Source: Malacoraja senta (lineage: Eukaryota). Taken from it: a stretch of DNA of 64,000 nucleotides. Positions 1-12,975 of the stretch are shown one piece after another. Numbering within the stretch: the stretch's first letter is position 1; each line of letters opens with the position of its first letter. The notes under the pieces were generated by a model that worked only from the letters and a program-made list of their open reading frames with translations, did no database searches and was not told where the DNA came from. The stretch spans positions 52,452,001 through 52,516,000 of the forward strand of contig CM075978.1 of NCBI GenBank assembly GCA_038087875.1. The letters run 5' to 3'. The position numbers were made by a program, and so were the translations under genes.

Positions 1-1204
1 AACTTTCATCAAGTACATCAAACCACTACTTTTAGAGTTTTAGTTTTAGAGATAGGGCATGGAAACAGGCCCATTGGCCCACCGAGTCTGTGCCGACCGG
101 TGATTCTTGTGATCCTGTGATTCCTAATCTCTTACCACTCACAACGGACAAGAAGCAGCTGGGAAGGTACTGAGCCCTCCGCATCTCTTTGACTGGTGCG
201 TGAACTACTATCTACCTCTTTGATGACCCTCGGACTATCCTTGATCGGACTTTGCTGGCTTTACCTTGCACTAAACGTTATTCCCTTATCATGTATCTAT
301 GCACCGTGAGTGGATCGATTGTAATCATGTATTGTCTTTCTGCTGACTGGTTAGCACGCAAAAGCTTTTCACTGTACCTCGGTACACGTGACAATAAACT
401 GAACTGAACTGAACTGAAAGAACAACGCACCACCCACTCCCCCATCTGCCTCACATGCGGCAGAGTCTTCACATAACATGAAGCAATCTACAAACAGCTC
501 CGATTCCACAGGAAGCAAACTATGCTCGATCTCAAGGCAAGAACTTGAAAAGAACCTGTCCCACCCTACAAACTATGTTTCTCCTCTTGTGCATCACTGA
601 TTTCCTTCTTCAAGACACAAAGAACTGGAGTAACTCAGCGGGTCAGGCAGTGTGTCTGGAGAACATGGATAGGTATTGTTTCGGGTCGGGACCCATGTTC
701 AGACCTTTCCCTCAGCCCGTCATCAATGTTGTCTTCCTTCTAACGTGACCCTATGTTTTAATTCTCTCCTTAAGCCTCCCCATTTTTTCAACTCAACCTT
801 CCCCCCCCCCTGCCCAACGCCACCTCCCATTCTCCTTAAACTACTTTGTGCAATTTCTGGTTATCTATTTCAATATGTGATTGGATGTCAAATTTTAACG
901 GATTATTTTCTAGTTATGTGCCTTGGGATATTTGTATTACATTAATGCTGCTGCATAGAGTAGTGATGTTGTTGTGCACATGGCTTGACCTTCAGCTTGT
1001 TGCAGGTTTTACAATGCATAAAGGCTTGGCTCAATGCCCAGCCCTCAAGTGCATTCAAAGAATCTTACCTATTAAATTCAGCCCTGAATTGTTTTAAGTG
1101 TTTTATTGAGGTGGAATTGTTTTCAAACAAATAGCAATGTGAACAAAAGGATCATTTATGCTTGCACCTCCCAAAAAATATATTGCACTTTAGAATTCTC
1201 CCAC

Positions 1205-1670
1205 AGAAACATAGAAACATAGAAAATAGGTGCAGGAGTAGGCCATTTGGCCCTTCGAGCCTGCAACACCATTCAATATGATCATGGCTGATCATCCAAC
1301 TCAGTATCCTGTACCTGCCTTCTCTCCATACCCCCTGGATCCCTTTAGCCACAAGGGCCACATCTAACTCCCTCTTAAATATAGCCAATGAACTGGCCTC
1401 AACTACCTTCTGTGGCAGAGAATTCCAGAGATTCACCACTCTCTGTGTGAAAAAGTTTTTCTCATCTCGGTCTTAAAAGACTTCCCCCTTATCCTTAAAC
1501 TGTGACCCCTTGTTCTGGACTTCCCAACATCGGGAACAATCTTCCTGCATCTAGCCTGTCCAACCCCTTAAGAATTCTATAAGATCCCCGCTCAATCTTC
1601 TAAATTCTAGCGAGTACAAGCCGAGTCTATCCAGTCTTTCTTCATATGAAAGTCCTGCCATCCCAGGAAT
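1205..1670 (-). mobile_element. CR1 (HER1-like) LINE 3' end
   Basis: The minus strand encodes GLSYEERLDRLGLYSLEFRRL.GDLIE and VNLWNSLPQKVVEA.SL..FKRELD; (CATAGAAA)n tail. Confidence 0.88.
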
Positions 1671-3174
1671 ATTTCCTAACCCTGATAAAACCTCAACCCA
1701 TGCAGACATCCTTGCTAGTATGCACATCGGACATAGACATCCTTGGGATACAGACAAAATGTGGAGGAAGAAGGATTCCAACCCGAAACGTCACCTATCC
1801 CTTTTGTCCCGAGATGCTGCCTGACCCGCTGAGTTACTCCAGCATTTTATGTCTATCTTTCTGCCTGCTTGGGAATAGGTGTACAGGCACACAAGCACAC
1901 GCTCATATATGTACATTGCTCCACAAGCACTTCCCAGCATAACTACTCAAACATGTACAATTCATGCAGGTACACACACATACCCATGCACCCCAAGACA
2001 CATGCCAACTTTTCATCCTTTACTCCCTTCCTGCAATGCTTTGAATGTACAATTTTCACCAACAACTCCAGATGTCAGCGATACCTAGTGGCCGATTACA
2101 GCTACTTCATGCCGTACTGTCGTAAAGAGGCTGATAAACAAAACAGCATCACGTTTGGGAAAAGCTACTATACTTCCTCTGTCAGTGAACCACTCACAAT
2201 CTATTCTATCAAATATATCCAATTTCTTGAAAGGAGTTACTTAAAAATAATTAGATTTGTTCACGATTTTTTTTTTTAAAGTAACTCCCTTCAAGCAGAT
2301 TTTTTACACAATGTAACTGCACTTTTCTAATGTAGGAAAGCAGTACCTAATCTGGATAAGGCAAGTTACGGCCAGCAAAGCGATAAAGGAAGAATCATCT
2401 GTTAGAAATGCTGGTTGAGATAAAGATTGGCCAGATTAACTCTTTAAAATAACGATATGCATGTTTGATGTCCACCTGCGTGAACCTCCGTTTAACATCT
2501 CTTCTTAGGAACAACACCCCTTGTGGCACAATATTTAGACTTTGGAGTTCAGAGATACAGTGTGGAAACAGACTACCATTGTGCCACCCCAGCTCTCCGT
2601 AATCTCACTATTTCCTCAATCCACACTTAAGGCTGAGAATTCCTTGGACTGCATCCTATTGCCAGGTGAACCTACCTGTAGCCCTGGAGGATTGATGGGG
2701 CTCCTTCACACTAAGAACATGCCTCCTGTGGATATTGTTCTCTATAAGTTCTGCTCAGGTCCCATTTCAGGGCATAAATGGAGGTCGGATCTGTGAGGCT
2801 AATTTCGAGCAGTCGTCTAATCTTGCAACAGATTAAAGAAGAGAATGATACTGACGAGTGAATCATTATACCAATAGCTCTGATTAGGGAACTTTATATT
2901 AGAAGATAAAAAATGTATTAGACTTATAAAATTTGATTTACACAGTTTTATTGTCAGTAGACTCTGGCAAAGGAATTTCTAGGTTGCACTGTTTATAATG
3001 GCAAACCTCTCACCGTCCTGAACATTCATTCTTACCACCACCGATGCTTAGTGACTGCAGTGTGCATCATCTGGGAAATGTACTGCAGTAACCCTTCTAG
3101 GCTCCACTGATACCACCACCCGAATCTGAAACCTTTTACCGTCACGTGGCTCACCATCCCATCTTGGAAAGCTG

Positions 3175-3950
3175 AGGCTCAATAAGGCGCTGGTCAAGCC
3201 ATATTTGGAGTACTGTGAGCAGATTTGGGCCCCATATCTGGGGATGGATGTGCTGGCTCTGGAGAAGGTCCAGAGGAGGTTTACCAGAATGATTCCACGA
3301 GTGAGTGGGTTAGCATATGATGAGCGTTTGACAGCACTGGGCTAGTACTCGCTGGAGTTTAGAAGGTTGAGGGGGGACCTAATTGAAACTTACAAAGTAA
3401 TGAAAGGGATAGATAGAGTGGATGTGGAAAGGATATTTCCACTGGAGGGAGAGTCTAGGACCAGAGGTCATATCCTCAGAATTAAAGGGCTCTCTTTTAG
3501 AAAGGTGAGGAGGAACTTCTTTAGTCAGAGAGGAGTTAATCTGTGGAATTCATTGCCACAGAGGGGGTGTGGAGGCCAAATCAGTGGAAATGTTTAGGGT
3601 TATGGGGAGAAGGCAAGGAAATTAGGAGGTTAATTAGAAGGGATTAGGAGGCAGAGAACAACCATGATTATATGGCAGAGTAGACTCGATGGGCCGAATG
3701 GCCTAATTCTGCACCTATAGAGTCATAGAGTGATACAGTGTGGAAACAGCGGCCCAACTTGCCCACATCGGCCAACATGTCCCAGCTACACCTGCCTGCG
3801 CTTGGTCCATATCCCTCCAAACGTATCCTATCCATGTACCTGTCTAACTGTTTCTTAAACGTTGGGATAGTCCCAGCCTCAACTACCCCCTCTGACAGCT
3901 TGTTCCATACACCCACCAACCTTTGTGTGAAAATATAACTTGTGAACTTG
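3175..3950 (+). mobile_element. CR1 LINE 3' end with a second, minus-strand CR1 tail nested in it (about 3720-3935)
   Basis: RGDLIETYKVMKGIDRVD..RTRGH.L..R.NFFSQR.VNLWNSLP. Confidence 0.85.
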
Positions 3951-4868
3951 TGAAATGTATCATTTGCCCTTCATTGTCTCTGGATCGAAGTCCTGGAAAC
4001 CTTCCACCCTACATGACACTGAGAGTACCTTCACCAGAAGGACTGCGGTGGTTCTAGAAGGTGGCTTCCCACCAGCTTCCCATAGACAATTAAAGGTGGA
4101 CGATCAGTGTTGGCCTTGCCCAAATCCCCCTAAAGTAATTTAGAAAGACAATGGGTTCCCTGCTGAGGGTGCGGCTTTCAAAGGTTCTCAAATAAACAAG
4201 TCACTTCACAAAAACTTTTAAAACATCCCTAGGATTTTCCTTCACTAATGACCACAAAATTTAACTCAACAATTTCCATGCATTGGTGTCATCAAACTTG
4301 TTACTGGTACACTAGTGCTTCTTCCAAGTGTAGAATGCCGTGTTTAAAAAGTAATGTCTGGGTACAACCTCTTTGCAAAGGTCATATGATGAGAATTATA
4401 TGATGGGAGGGAAAATACAAACAGGCAACATCACAATTTGAAACTTCCCAGCCTAGTAAGGATAAAAAGGATGTGTTTTGTTTTTAAATTACTAGAAAAA
4501 AATGACAACTTGAAACTATTGACTTCAGTTGTGAGAACCTTGGGTGAGATTAAGAACAAGGTTTCCCTTCGAAAATTGAAAGAAAGATCATATTAAAGGA
4601 AGGTCCAAGACATCAGGAGAAACAGGCCAAGAACAAACATGGTGAGAGGAGTTCTACCAGTTGCTCCCCTACCAGCAGAGTGAATCTGGCCAATATATTC
4701 ACTGTGCTACACGGATCAAACAAGAGTCCCGCCATGAGTCTTGTGCTTTAGTATAAGAGGAGAAAAGCTGAAACGATAAATCAAATGTTATTAAGTTATT
4801 AAAAGTCAGTGGTTTGCATGCATGTTTAAGTAATTTGAATGATAGCAAAGATTAAGTTGCACTAACTA

Positions 4869-5085
4869 TGTAGGAAGGAACTGCAGATGCTGGTTTACAC
4901 CAAAGATAGACACAAAATGCTGGAGTAATTCAGCGGGACAGGCAGCAACTTGGGAGAGAAGGAATGGGTGACATTTCAGGTCGAGACAACTGAAGAAGGG
5001 TCTCGACCCGAAACGTCATCCATTTTTTCTATCGAGAGATGCTGCCTGTCCCGCTGAGTTACTCCAGCATTTTGTGTCTATCTTC
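4869..5085. mobile_element. Fold-back Penelope-derived mini-insert (family A) with intact hammerhead-like core
   Basis: Inverted arms AGACACAAAATGCTGGAGTAA..CAGCGGGACAGGCAGCA / TGCTGCCTGTCCCGCTGAGTTACTCCAGCATTTTGTGTCT; core CTGAAGAAGGGTCTCGACCCGAAACGTC at 4990-5017. Confidence 0.85.
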
Positions 5086-5838
5086 TCTATAGTGGTAATC
5101 GGGTCAATGCAGTCTATTGATATACATCAACATCCTTCCTCAAATAAGGAGATCAATACTGGGCACTGCATTCCAAATGTGGTCTCACTGCCGTCCTAGA
5201 TAACTAAAGCATAATCTCCCTCCTTTTGTATTCTTCCTTTAATAAACAATAACATTCCATTATCTTTCTTGATCATTTGTAGTATCTGCAATACTAACCT
5301 TTTGTAAATCACGTTAGGAAGAATATCATTTTGTTTATTGGCGCTGTACAATTTCTCACCGTAAAGATGTGCTTGATTATTTTTCCTGCCAAATTCAACA
5401 TTTTTTCCCATTGTACTCCCTATTTGCCTTTTCTTTGGCCAATCGCTTAACTTGTCCCTTTGTAACTTCCTATTTCCTGATCATAACAAACTTATCTTTA
5501 TGTCATGAGAATAGTTAGCAACCATTTATTTGATGCTGGCATCCAGTTCTAAAGAAATTGAGGTTCCTACACTGACCATTACTGGCCCACCACTCATTAC
5601 AATCTGCCAGTGAAAAGAAGACCCAGTGGTGGCGCTATGGAGGCTTGAGTCCAGTGCCAACTAGCCCCGTGCCGAAGAAACTGAAAACGGGAGAAAATCG
5701 GGTCTTACCTGCAGCGATCGCGATCTGAACGGCTGCCTGCCGCGTGACGTCATCAGGCGCGCGACTTTGACGGTATGTCGTTACAACGTACCCCCCCCCC
5801 TTGGGACACAAAAAAACCCCGTTAAAGGGAAACCACCG

Positions 5839-6807
5839 ATGGAAGAGGAAGGCCCAACTGAGGCCTCGGCTTCAGTTACAATGACGGCCCAGGAAGACCC
5901 TCCGAAGAAATCAAAGCAGAAAAAGTCTGAAATGGATGATCTTAAAACTTTTCTCGCTGCTGAATTGAGAACCTTTGGAGAGAATTTTAAAGAGGAACTT
6001 TACTCTTTTAAGGTAGGTTTTAAAGCAGAAATGCTTTCTACCGTTCAAGAAATACTGGAAGTCTGGAAGAGGTCGAGGGAGGAAGAGGTCAAGGAACAGA
6101 TGGAAGTGCTGGAAGCCAGGCTCGTTTCGGTGGAAGCGAACGTTAAAATGGAGGTGGCCCCCATTCATCAAGCACTCGAACAATATAGAACAGCGATAAC
6201 CGAACTTGAGAAATGGGCGGCGACAAGTGAGGAAACTGTAGGTCGACTCCTTATTGAAAACCAACGCCTCTCCGGTATGGTGATCAAATTAAGTGATAAA
6301 TGTACCGATTTGGAGGGGCGTCAAAGACGTAAGAATCTAAGAATTGTAGGGGTGAAAGAAGGAAGTGAGAGGGAAATGGGCCCTCGGGATTTTGTGGCAG
6401 ACCTACTACAAAAAGCCTTAAAATTGGATTTAAAACCTTCACTCGGTCGAGCTCATAGAGCGCAGCGGCGTCGTACACAAGATGATGCCCATCCAAGACA
6501 AATTATCGTAAAGGTGCAACTGGATCATGAATTTGACGATATAATGAAGAAAATCGTCCGAAGCAGACAGCTCCATTTTGAAGGTGTGAGGTTCAGTATT
6601 TACCGAGATTATCCGGCAGAGGTCTTCAAGAAAAGGGCGCTGTTCACTGAGACAAAAAGAATACTGAAGAATGTACCTGATTTGAGATACGGCATGCTTT
6701 ACCCCGCAAGACTAAGAGTCACCTACAAGAACAAGGAGCAATTTTTTACAGACCATGAAAAAGCACTGGAATTTGCCAAAGAAATCGGGAACGTGACCAC
6801 AGACTGA
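5839..6807 (+). CDS. L1 ORF1p (coiled coil, RRM, CTD)
   Basis: First in-frame ATG is 5839. Heptad-rich region, then DLEGRQRRKNLRIVGVKEG, RAHR, IYRDYP and YGMLYPARLRVT, typical of vertebrate L1 ORF1. Confidence 0.92.
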   Translation: MEEEGPTEASASVTMTAQEDPPKKSKQKKSEMDDLKTFLAAELRTFGENFKEELYSFKVGFKAEMLSTVQEILEVWKRSREEEVKEQMEVLEARLVSVEANVKMEVAPIHQALEQYRTAITELEKWAATSEETVGRLLIENQRLSGMVIKLSDKCTDLEGRQRRKNLRIVGVKEGSEREMGPRDFVADLLQKALKLDLKPSLGRAHRAQRRRTQDDAHPRQIIVKVQLDHEFDDIMKKIVRSRQLHFEGVRFSIYRDYPAEVFKKRALFTETKRILKNVPDLRYGMLYPARLRVTYKNKEQFFTDHEKALEFAKEIGNVTTD

Positions 6808-7342
6808 AGAATTTACATTACTCCTCAGGAGTCAAGGATTAACGGGACCGCCAGATCTAAAAGGACCTTTAAAGTTATTTTAAGAGCTTTAAGGACATTC
6901 CAAAACCGAATGGACGGTGGACATTGGAGAAAACCGTGGTTTTTTTTATTTTTTTTAATTTTTATTAATCACTATTATTATCTGTATATTCATATCTAAC
7001 TATATATGTAACAACTAATACTTATTAAATATCTATATTACTACTAAAATTATTAACATTTATATTACTCATAAAAATGTAATACTGGGTATGATTGATA
7101 ACAATGATTAATAACTAACAGTCTTTGGTTAACGTGGAAATGAATTACATACTTATATTATATAGGAAGATATGCAAGAGGTAATTCAGCCTACGTCATA
7201 ATAAGGTTTGACGGTTTCTCTCTTTCATTTTCAATTTAAAATTAAATTTATAGATTTAGCGAAGATATTAATATGATATGTAGAGAATAATAACGTTATG
7301 AATTTATGCTGTTCTCGGACTTTTCTGCAGGGATGCGTGCTT

Positions 7343-7430
7343 ATGTATGTATGCATATGGGTATATATATATATATATATATGTGTATATGTGTATGTAT
7401 GTGTGTACGTATGTATGGGTATGTATATAT
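7343..7430. repeat. (TA)n/(TATG)n microsatellite in the L1 inter-ORF spacer
   Basis: tatgtatgtatgcatatgggtatatatatatatata...gtgtatgtatgtgtgtacgtatgtatg. Confidence 0.9.
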
Positions 7431-7807
7431 GTTTGTTACTCCCAAAGAAGTTATTTGATTGTTAGAAATAATCTTCTTTTTTTTTCGGGCACGGAGCTGG
7501 GAATTTTTTTTTACAAAGGCTACGGAAGTCTTTAGAATTCTAGCCACGTTAGTGTGGCTATCACTAACTACACTAATTGTAGATGTAGTTTTTTTTCTTT
7601 CACCCTATGCTAACCAATTCTATCACTTTTTTCACTTTAAATATTTTTATAACTTAATGTTTGAATGGAAAAACAAGACTAATACAAGGAGATGTGTTCG
7701 GAAGAGCGATGTATATGATTTTAAATTCATCTATTTGAGGTTCGGGAGCAGGGTCAGGTTTTATGTGTTGCACCTTCTGCTCGGTTATAGATCACCTTAG
7801 AAACAAT

Positions 7808-10800
7808 ATGCAAGATGTTAATATGACAAGAGGGGGTCAGGGAATAACATTTTGTAGTTGGAATGTCAAGGGAATCAATGAACCAATTAAGAGAGGTAAA
7901 GTTTTGGCACATCTAAATTTAATCAAAACAGATATAATATTCCTTCAAGAAACACACCTTAAAAAGGAATCTCAACATAGACTTAAAGCTAAGTGGATCG
8001 CTGAATCATATCATTCCTCTTTTTCCCATAAGTCCAGAGGAGTTGCAATATTAATTCGTAAAGGAATACCTTTTACGAATTCATCAACAATAGCGGATAT
8101 TGATGGTAGATATATTAGATTAGTTGGAGAGTTAAATGGAGAAAAAGTGATTCTTCTTAATGTATATGGGCCTAATTTTGATAACCCTATGTTTTTTAAT
8201 AAAACATTTAATAAAATTCCTGAATTTACACATAAATTAATAATTGGAGGAGACTTCAATTGTACATTAGATTCATACTTAGATAGATCATCAAGGCAAA
8301 AAAAAGTAAAATCTCAATCAAGTGTATTTCTAAATTCATTTATTAATACCACTAATATTAAGGATGTCTGGAGAATAGAAAATCCAACTGGACGGGAATA
8401 TTCATTTTACTCACCAGTACACAAAACATACTCAAGAATAGATTATTTTTTAGTTGACTCCACGTTTATCCCATTTACTTATAACTCAAAATACCATAAT
8501 ATTATAATCTCAGACCACGCACCTGTAACATTCATGATTAAATTAAATGGAATGTCCGAGAAACAAACATATTGGAGATTTAACCCACAAATTTTGAACG
8601 AAAGATCATGCCAGGAATATATTATTAAACAGATTCAAATATTTTTTGAGGTAAATGATAACCCTGACACACCTACTTCTCTTATGTGGGAAACGTTTAA
8701 AGCGTTTGTTCGAGGTGCATTAATTTCTGCTCAAGTATTTTATAATAAAGAGAACAGGATTAAACAACAAACATTGGAAAGCGAAATCAAGCAACTAGAT
8801 ATAGAAAGTGCGAGAATGCCATCTATTTCAAAACATAATAAAATTGCTGTATTGAAATATAAATTAAATAAAATGTATTCAGAACAAGTAATAAAACTTT
8901 ATCAAAAAACCAAACAATTACATTTTGAATTTGGAGACAAACCACAAAAACTATTAGCACGTCAGTTACGAAAAATGGAAGGGGAAAAAATAATTCATAA
9001 AATTAGAACAGAGACAGGAGAATTATTAAAAATGCCCAAGGACATAAATGAAAGATTTCTCCAATACTATCATAACCTTTATTCAACTAAAACTGTAGGA
9101 CAAACAGAAGGAATAGCAGATTTTTTACTAAAATGTAATTTAAAAGGTTTAGATTCAAATGATAGAGAATTATTAGAAAGGGAGATTACGATAAAGGATA
9201 TTGAGGAGTCTATTGGCTCTTTAAAAAATGGTAAAGCAGTAGGACCAGATGGTTTAGGCTCTGAATTTTATAAACAAATTTATGACTTGCTCTGCCCACG
9301 TTTACAAAGGCTGTATGAGCATATCTATACTCAACAGAAACTTCCAGATACTTTAAATGAATCTATAATAACACTTATTCCTAAAGCTGATAAAGATCCG
9401 GAAGATCCGGGATCATATAGAGCAATTGCACTTTTAAATACAGATCAGAAAATATTAACTAAAATACTAGCGCATAGATTAAGTACAGTGATGAATAAAA
9501 TAATACACCCTGACCAAACAGGCTTTATTCAGAAGATTATTTAATATTATTTATTCTAAGAGAATTATTAATGAAGATCTAGCAATAATCTCACTTGACG
9601 CTGAAAAAGCATTTGATCAGGTTGAATGGTCTTATTTATTTTCGGTGATGGAAAATATGCAGCTAGGGGAGAAATTCTGCACATGGATAAAACTGTTATA
9701 TACAAATCCTACGGCTAGAATATTAACAAACCAAAGGTTGTCATCTAAATTCAGCCTATCTAGAGGTTGTAGACAAGGATGCCCGTTATCTCCATTATTA
9801 TTTGCGCTTGCTATTGAGCCACTCGCAGAAAGAGTTAGGGGTCATCCGGAAATATATGGGTATATCACAAAGGACACAGTGAATAAAATTTCTCTATACG
9901 CAGATGATGTACTAATTTACATTACAAAACCAGAAATTAGTATTCCAAACTTATTAGAGCTAATAACCCAATTTGGTTCACTCTCAGGATACAGAATAAA
10001 TTGGAATAAAAGTGAAATTATGCCAATAAGGGAACATAACAAACAGATAATACAACAATTTCCATTTAAAATAGTAAATGAAAAATTTAAATACCTAGGT
10101 ATTTATGTAACTAAGATATATACATCATTATTTAAAGCAAATTTTCCCCCATTACTGAATAAACTACATAAGAATATTCAATACTGGAAAACACTTCCTA
10201 TCTCAATGGTTGGCAAAATTAATGCCATAAAAATGATTTTTTTACCGCAAATATTATACCTTTTTCAGACAATTCCGATATATTTGTCAAAAAACTTTTT
10301 TTTTAAATTGGACTCCATTGTTAATGATTTTATCTGGGATTATAAGAATCATAGGATAAACAAAAGACATTTGTGTAAATCCAAAATAAATGGAGGCTTG
10401 GTTTTACCCAACTTTCTGTTTTATTTTTGGGCAGTTAATATTAAAAATATGAATTTCTGGTTGGAAGAAATAGATCAACAACCAGATTGGTTAAAAATGG
10501 AAAAGGAAGATTGTTTGCCTTTTGATATCGGTTCGATATTATTTGCTACATCTAAATTAAACAAAAAAATTTATAGGGAAAACCCTATAATATTTAGTGC
10601 CATACGAATTTGGAAACAATTAAAAAAGACATTAAAATTAGATAATTTATCACTTTTTCTCCCAATTGTGAATAACCCTTTGTTTAAGCCCTCATGGTTG
10701 GACAGGGGTTTTACACAATGGAAGAATTATGGAATTAAAAATATGGGACAACTTTATAAGGAAGGCACTTTTCTGACATTTCAGGAGTTGCAACAGACTT

Positions 10801-11594
10801 ATGGACTCCGAGGAAATGATTATTTCAGATATCTTCAACTCAGAGATTATGTAAAATCGAATACTCAAAATTTTCGAATTAGAAATTCAGAAATTCTTGA
10901 CGAATGTTGGAATAAACATCCTAATACAGAAAAATTAATATCTTATATATATAATATCTTATTAGACAGTGACATTCCATCGACGGACTTACACAGACAA
11001 ACATGGGAAAAAGAATTAAATCAAATAATAACGAAAGATACTTGGGAAGAAAGTTTACAACACATACATCAATGTTCATTAAATGCCAGACATTCTTTAA
11101 TACAATTTAAAGTAATACATAGGTTACATTATTCAAAAACAAAATTACATAAAATCTTTCAACATATCTCACCTATATGTGATAAATGTCAACATTTAGA
11201 AGCTACCTTATCTCATATGTTTGCAAACTGTATAAAAATTAAAAAATTCTGGGTAAATATTTTTAGTATAATATCTAAAGTGACCAGCACACAATTGGAC
11301 CCGGATCCAAAATTAATAATACTCGGAACATTAGAATTAAATCAAACATTTACAACAACACAAAGAAACTTTATTGATTATAGTATAATAACAGGAAAAA
11401 AATTAATACTAAAATTTTGGAAAGGCCCTACGTCCCCCACAATCAAAATGTGGATTATAGAAATGACGGAGACCTTAAACGTGGAAAGAATCAGATTTTC
11501 CCTGTTGGACAAACAGGAATTATTCGTTGGAACATGGTCTCCCTTTATTGATTATTTAAAGGGTCAGAATGGTTCAGCACAGGAACCTGACTAA
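7808..11594 (+). pseudogene. L1 ORF2p (APE endonuclease, RT, Cys motif) with one frameshift at 9530/9531
   Basis: EN motifs SWNVKG, LQETH, GGDFN, SRIDY, SDH; RT motifs GPDG, YRAIALLN, SLDAEKAFD, RGCRQGCPLSPLLF, LYADD; C-terminal CDKC..H...C. The frame changes after DQTGFI and resumes as RRLFNIIYS. Confidence 0.94.
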
Positions 11595-12129
11595 TACTCG
11601 GGCTAAAGAATGGGTGAAATGCTATACTCTGAAATGTACGAATATATCTCGAATTAAGTTTTTTATTTTAATAAATTTTTCCATTCTTCTTTAACCATCT
11701 TTTTTTTTTTTTTTTTTTTTTTTTCTCTTTTTCTTCTCACTCTTTTCTTTCTTTACTTCATCTATCTTTTTAGTTCTATCTAGTTTTTTAAAAAAAGGCA
11801 AAAGGTATTGGAGACAATGTAATAATAATTGATAATATTATCAATTTAAAAATGTAAGACTGTAATGATGTTAATAGGTTGTGTACTTTTCTCCAATAAA
11901 AAATATTTTCAAAAAAAAAGAAAAAAAAAGAAAAGAAGACCCATTTATACCCACCATTGGATTCCTGTCAACTCCCTTGTCTTCCAACCACATTAATACA
12001 TTATCTCCTGCTCCACGAGGTATTAATTTCCCCAATAACCTTTTATATGGCACTTTACCAGATGCTTTTTGGATATCCCAGGATGGTACATCCACTGGAT
12101 CCCCATTATCCACAGCAAATTATGTAACG

Positions 12130-12975
12130 TTGAGGCTTCATGAGGCACTGGTCAGACCGCATTTGGAGTATTGCAGGCATCTTTTGGCCCCATATCTGAA
12201 GAGGGATGTGCTGGTGATGGAGAGGGTCTGGAGGAGGTTTACGAGAATGATCCTGGGGATGATTAAGTTAATGTATGAACTTTTGACGGCATTGGGCCTT
12301 CACTCGCTGGAGTTTAGAAGGATGACAGGACACCTCAATGAAACTTACCGAATAGTGAAAGGCTTGGATAGAGTGGATGGTACACACAAAATGCTGGAGT
12401 AACTCAGTGGGACAGGCAGCATCTTTGGACGTTTCGGGTCGAGACCCTTCTTCATAGTGGATGTGGACAGAATGTCTCCACTAGTGGGAGAGTCCAAGAC
12501 CAGAGGTCATCATCTCTGAATTAAAGGACGTTCCTTTAGGAAGGAGATGAGGAGGAATTTCTTTACTCAGAGAGTGGTGAATCTGTGGAATTCATTGCCA
12601 CAGATGCCCGTGGAGGCCGTTGATGGATATTTTTAAGGCAGGGATTAACCGATTCTTGATTAATAAGGATGTCAGGGGTTATGGAGAGAAGGTAGGAGAA
12701 TGGGGTTGAGAGGGAAGGATAGATCAGCCATGATTTGTTGGCAGAGTAGACTTGATGGGCTAAATGACCTAATTCTCCTTCTATAACTTATGAATTAATT
12801 GCCACAGATGTTTGTGGAGGCCAAGTCATTGGAGATTGAAGCAGAGATTGTCAGGTTCTTAATCAGCAAGGGTGTCAAAGGTTATGGGGAGAAGGCAGGA
12901 GAATGGGGTTGAGCGGGAATGATAGATCTGCCATGATCAAATGGTGGAGTAGACTCAATGAGCCAAATGGTATGA
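12130..12975 (+). mobile_element. CR1 LINE 3' ends (two in tandem)
   Basis: ALVRPHLEYC...APYLKRDVL.MERV.RRFTRM; tail GGTTATGG.GAGAAGG.AGGAGAATGGGGTTGAG appears twice. Confidence 0.85.
12380..12455 (-). mobile_element. Single-arm Penelope-derived mini-insert inside a CR1
   Basis: Family A arm flanked by AGTGGATG at 12372-12379 and 12456-12463. Confidence 0.75.

Larger units (their letters stand above)
5626..11929 (+). mobile_element. Full-length L1-clade LINE (fish type), 6.3 kb
   Basis: TSD GAAAAGAAGACCCA at 5612-5625 and 11930-11943; CpG-rich 5'UTR; ORF1; about 1 kb AT-rich spacer; ORF2; T-rich 3'UTR; AATAAA at 11895-11900; A-rich tail. Confidence 0.96.
5090..12120 (-). mobile_element. Old CR1 RT fragment split by the L1 (pieces 5090-5625 and 11944-12120)
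   Basis: The minus strand of 11944-12113 gives MDNGDPVDV..DIQKA..KVPYKRLL.KL...G..NVLMW, continuing into 5625-5090 across the TSD. Confidence 0.8.

Noticed and set aside
1869-2796. ORFs 1869-2279 and 2542-2796
   Set aside because: Non-ATG starts, partly CA-rich or SINE-derived, with no recognisable domain.
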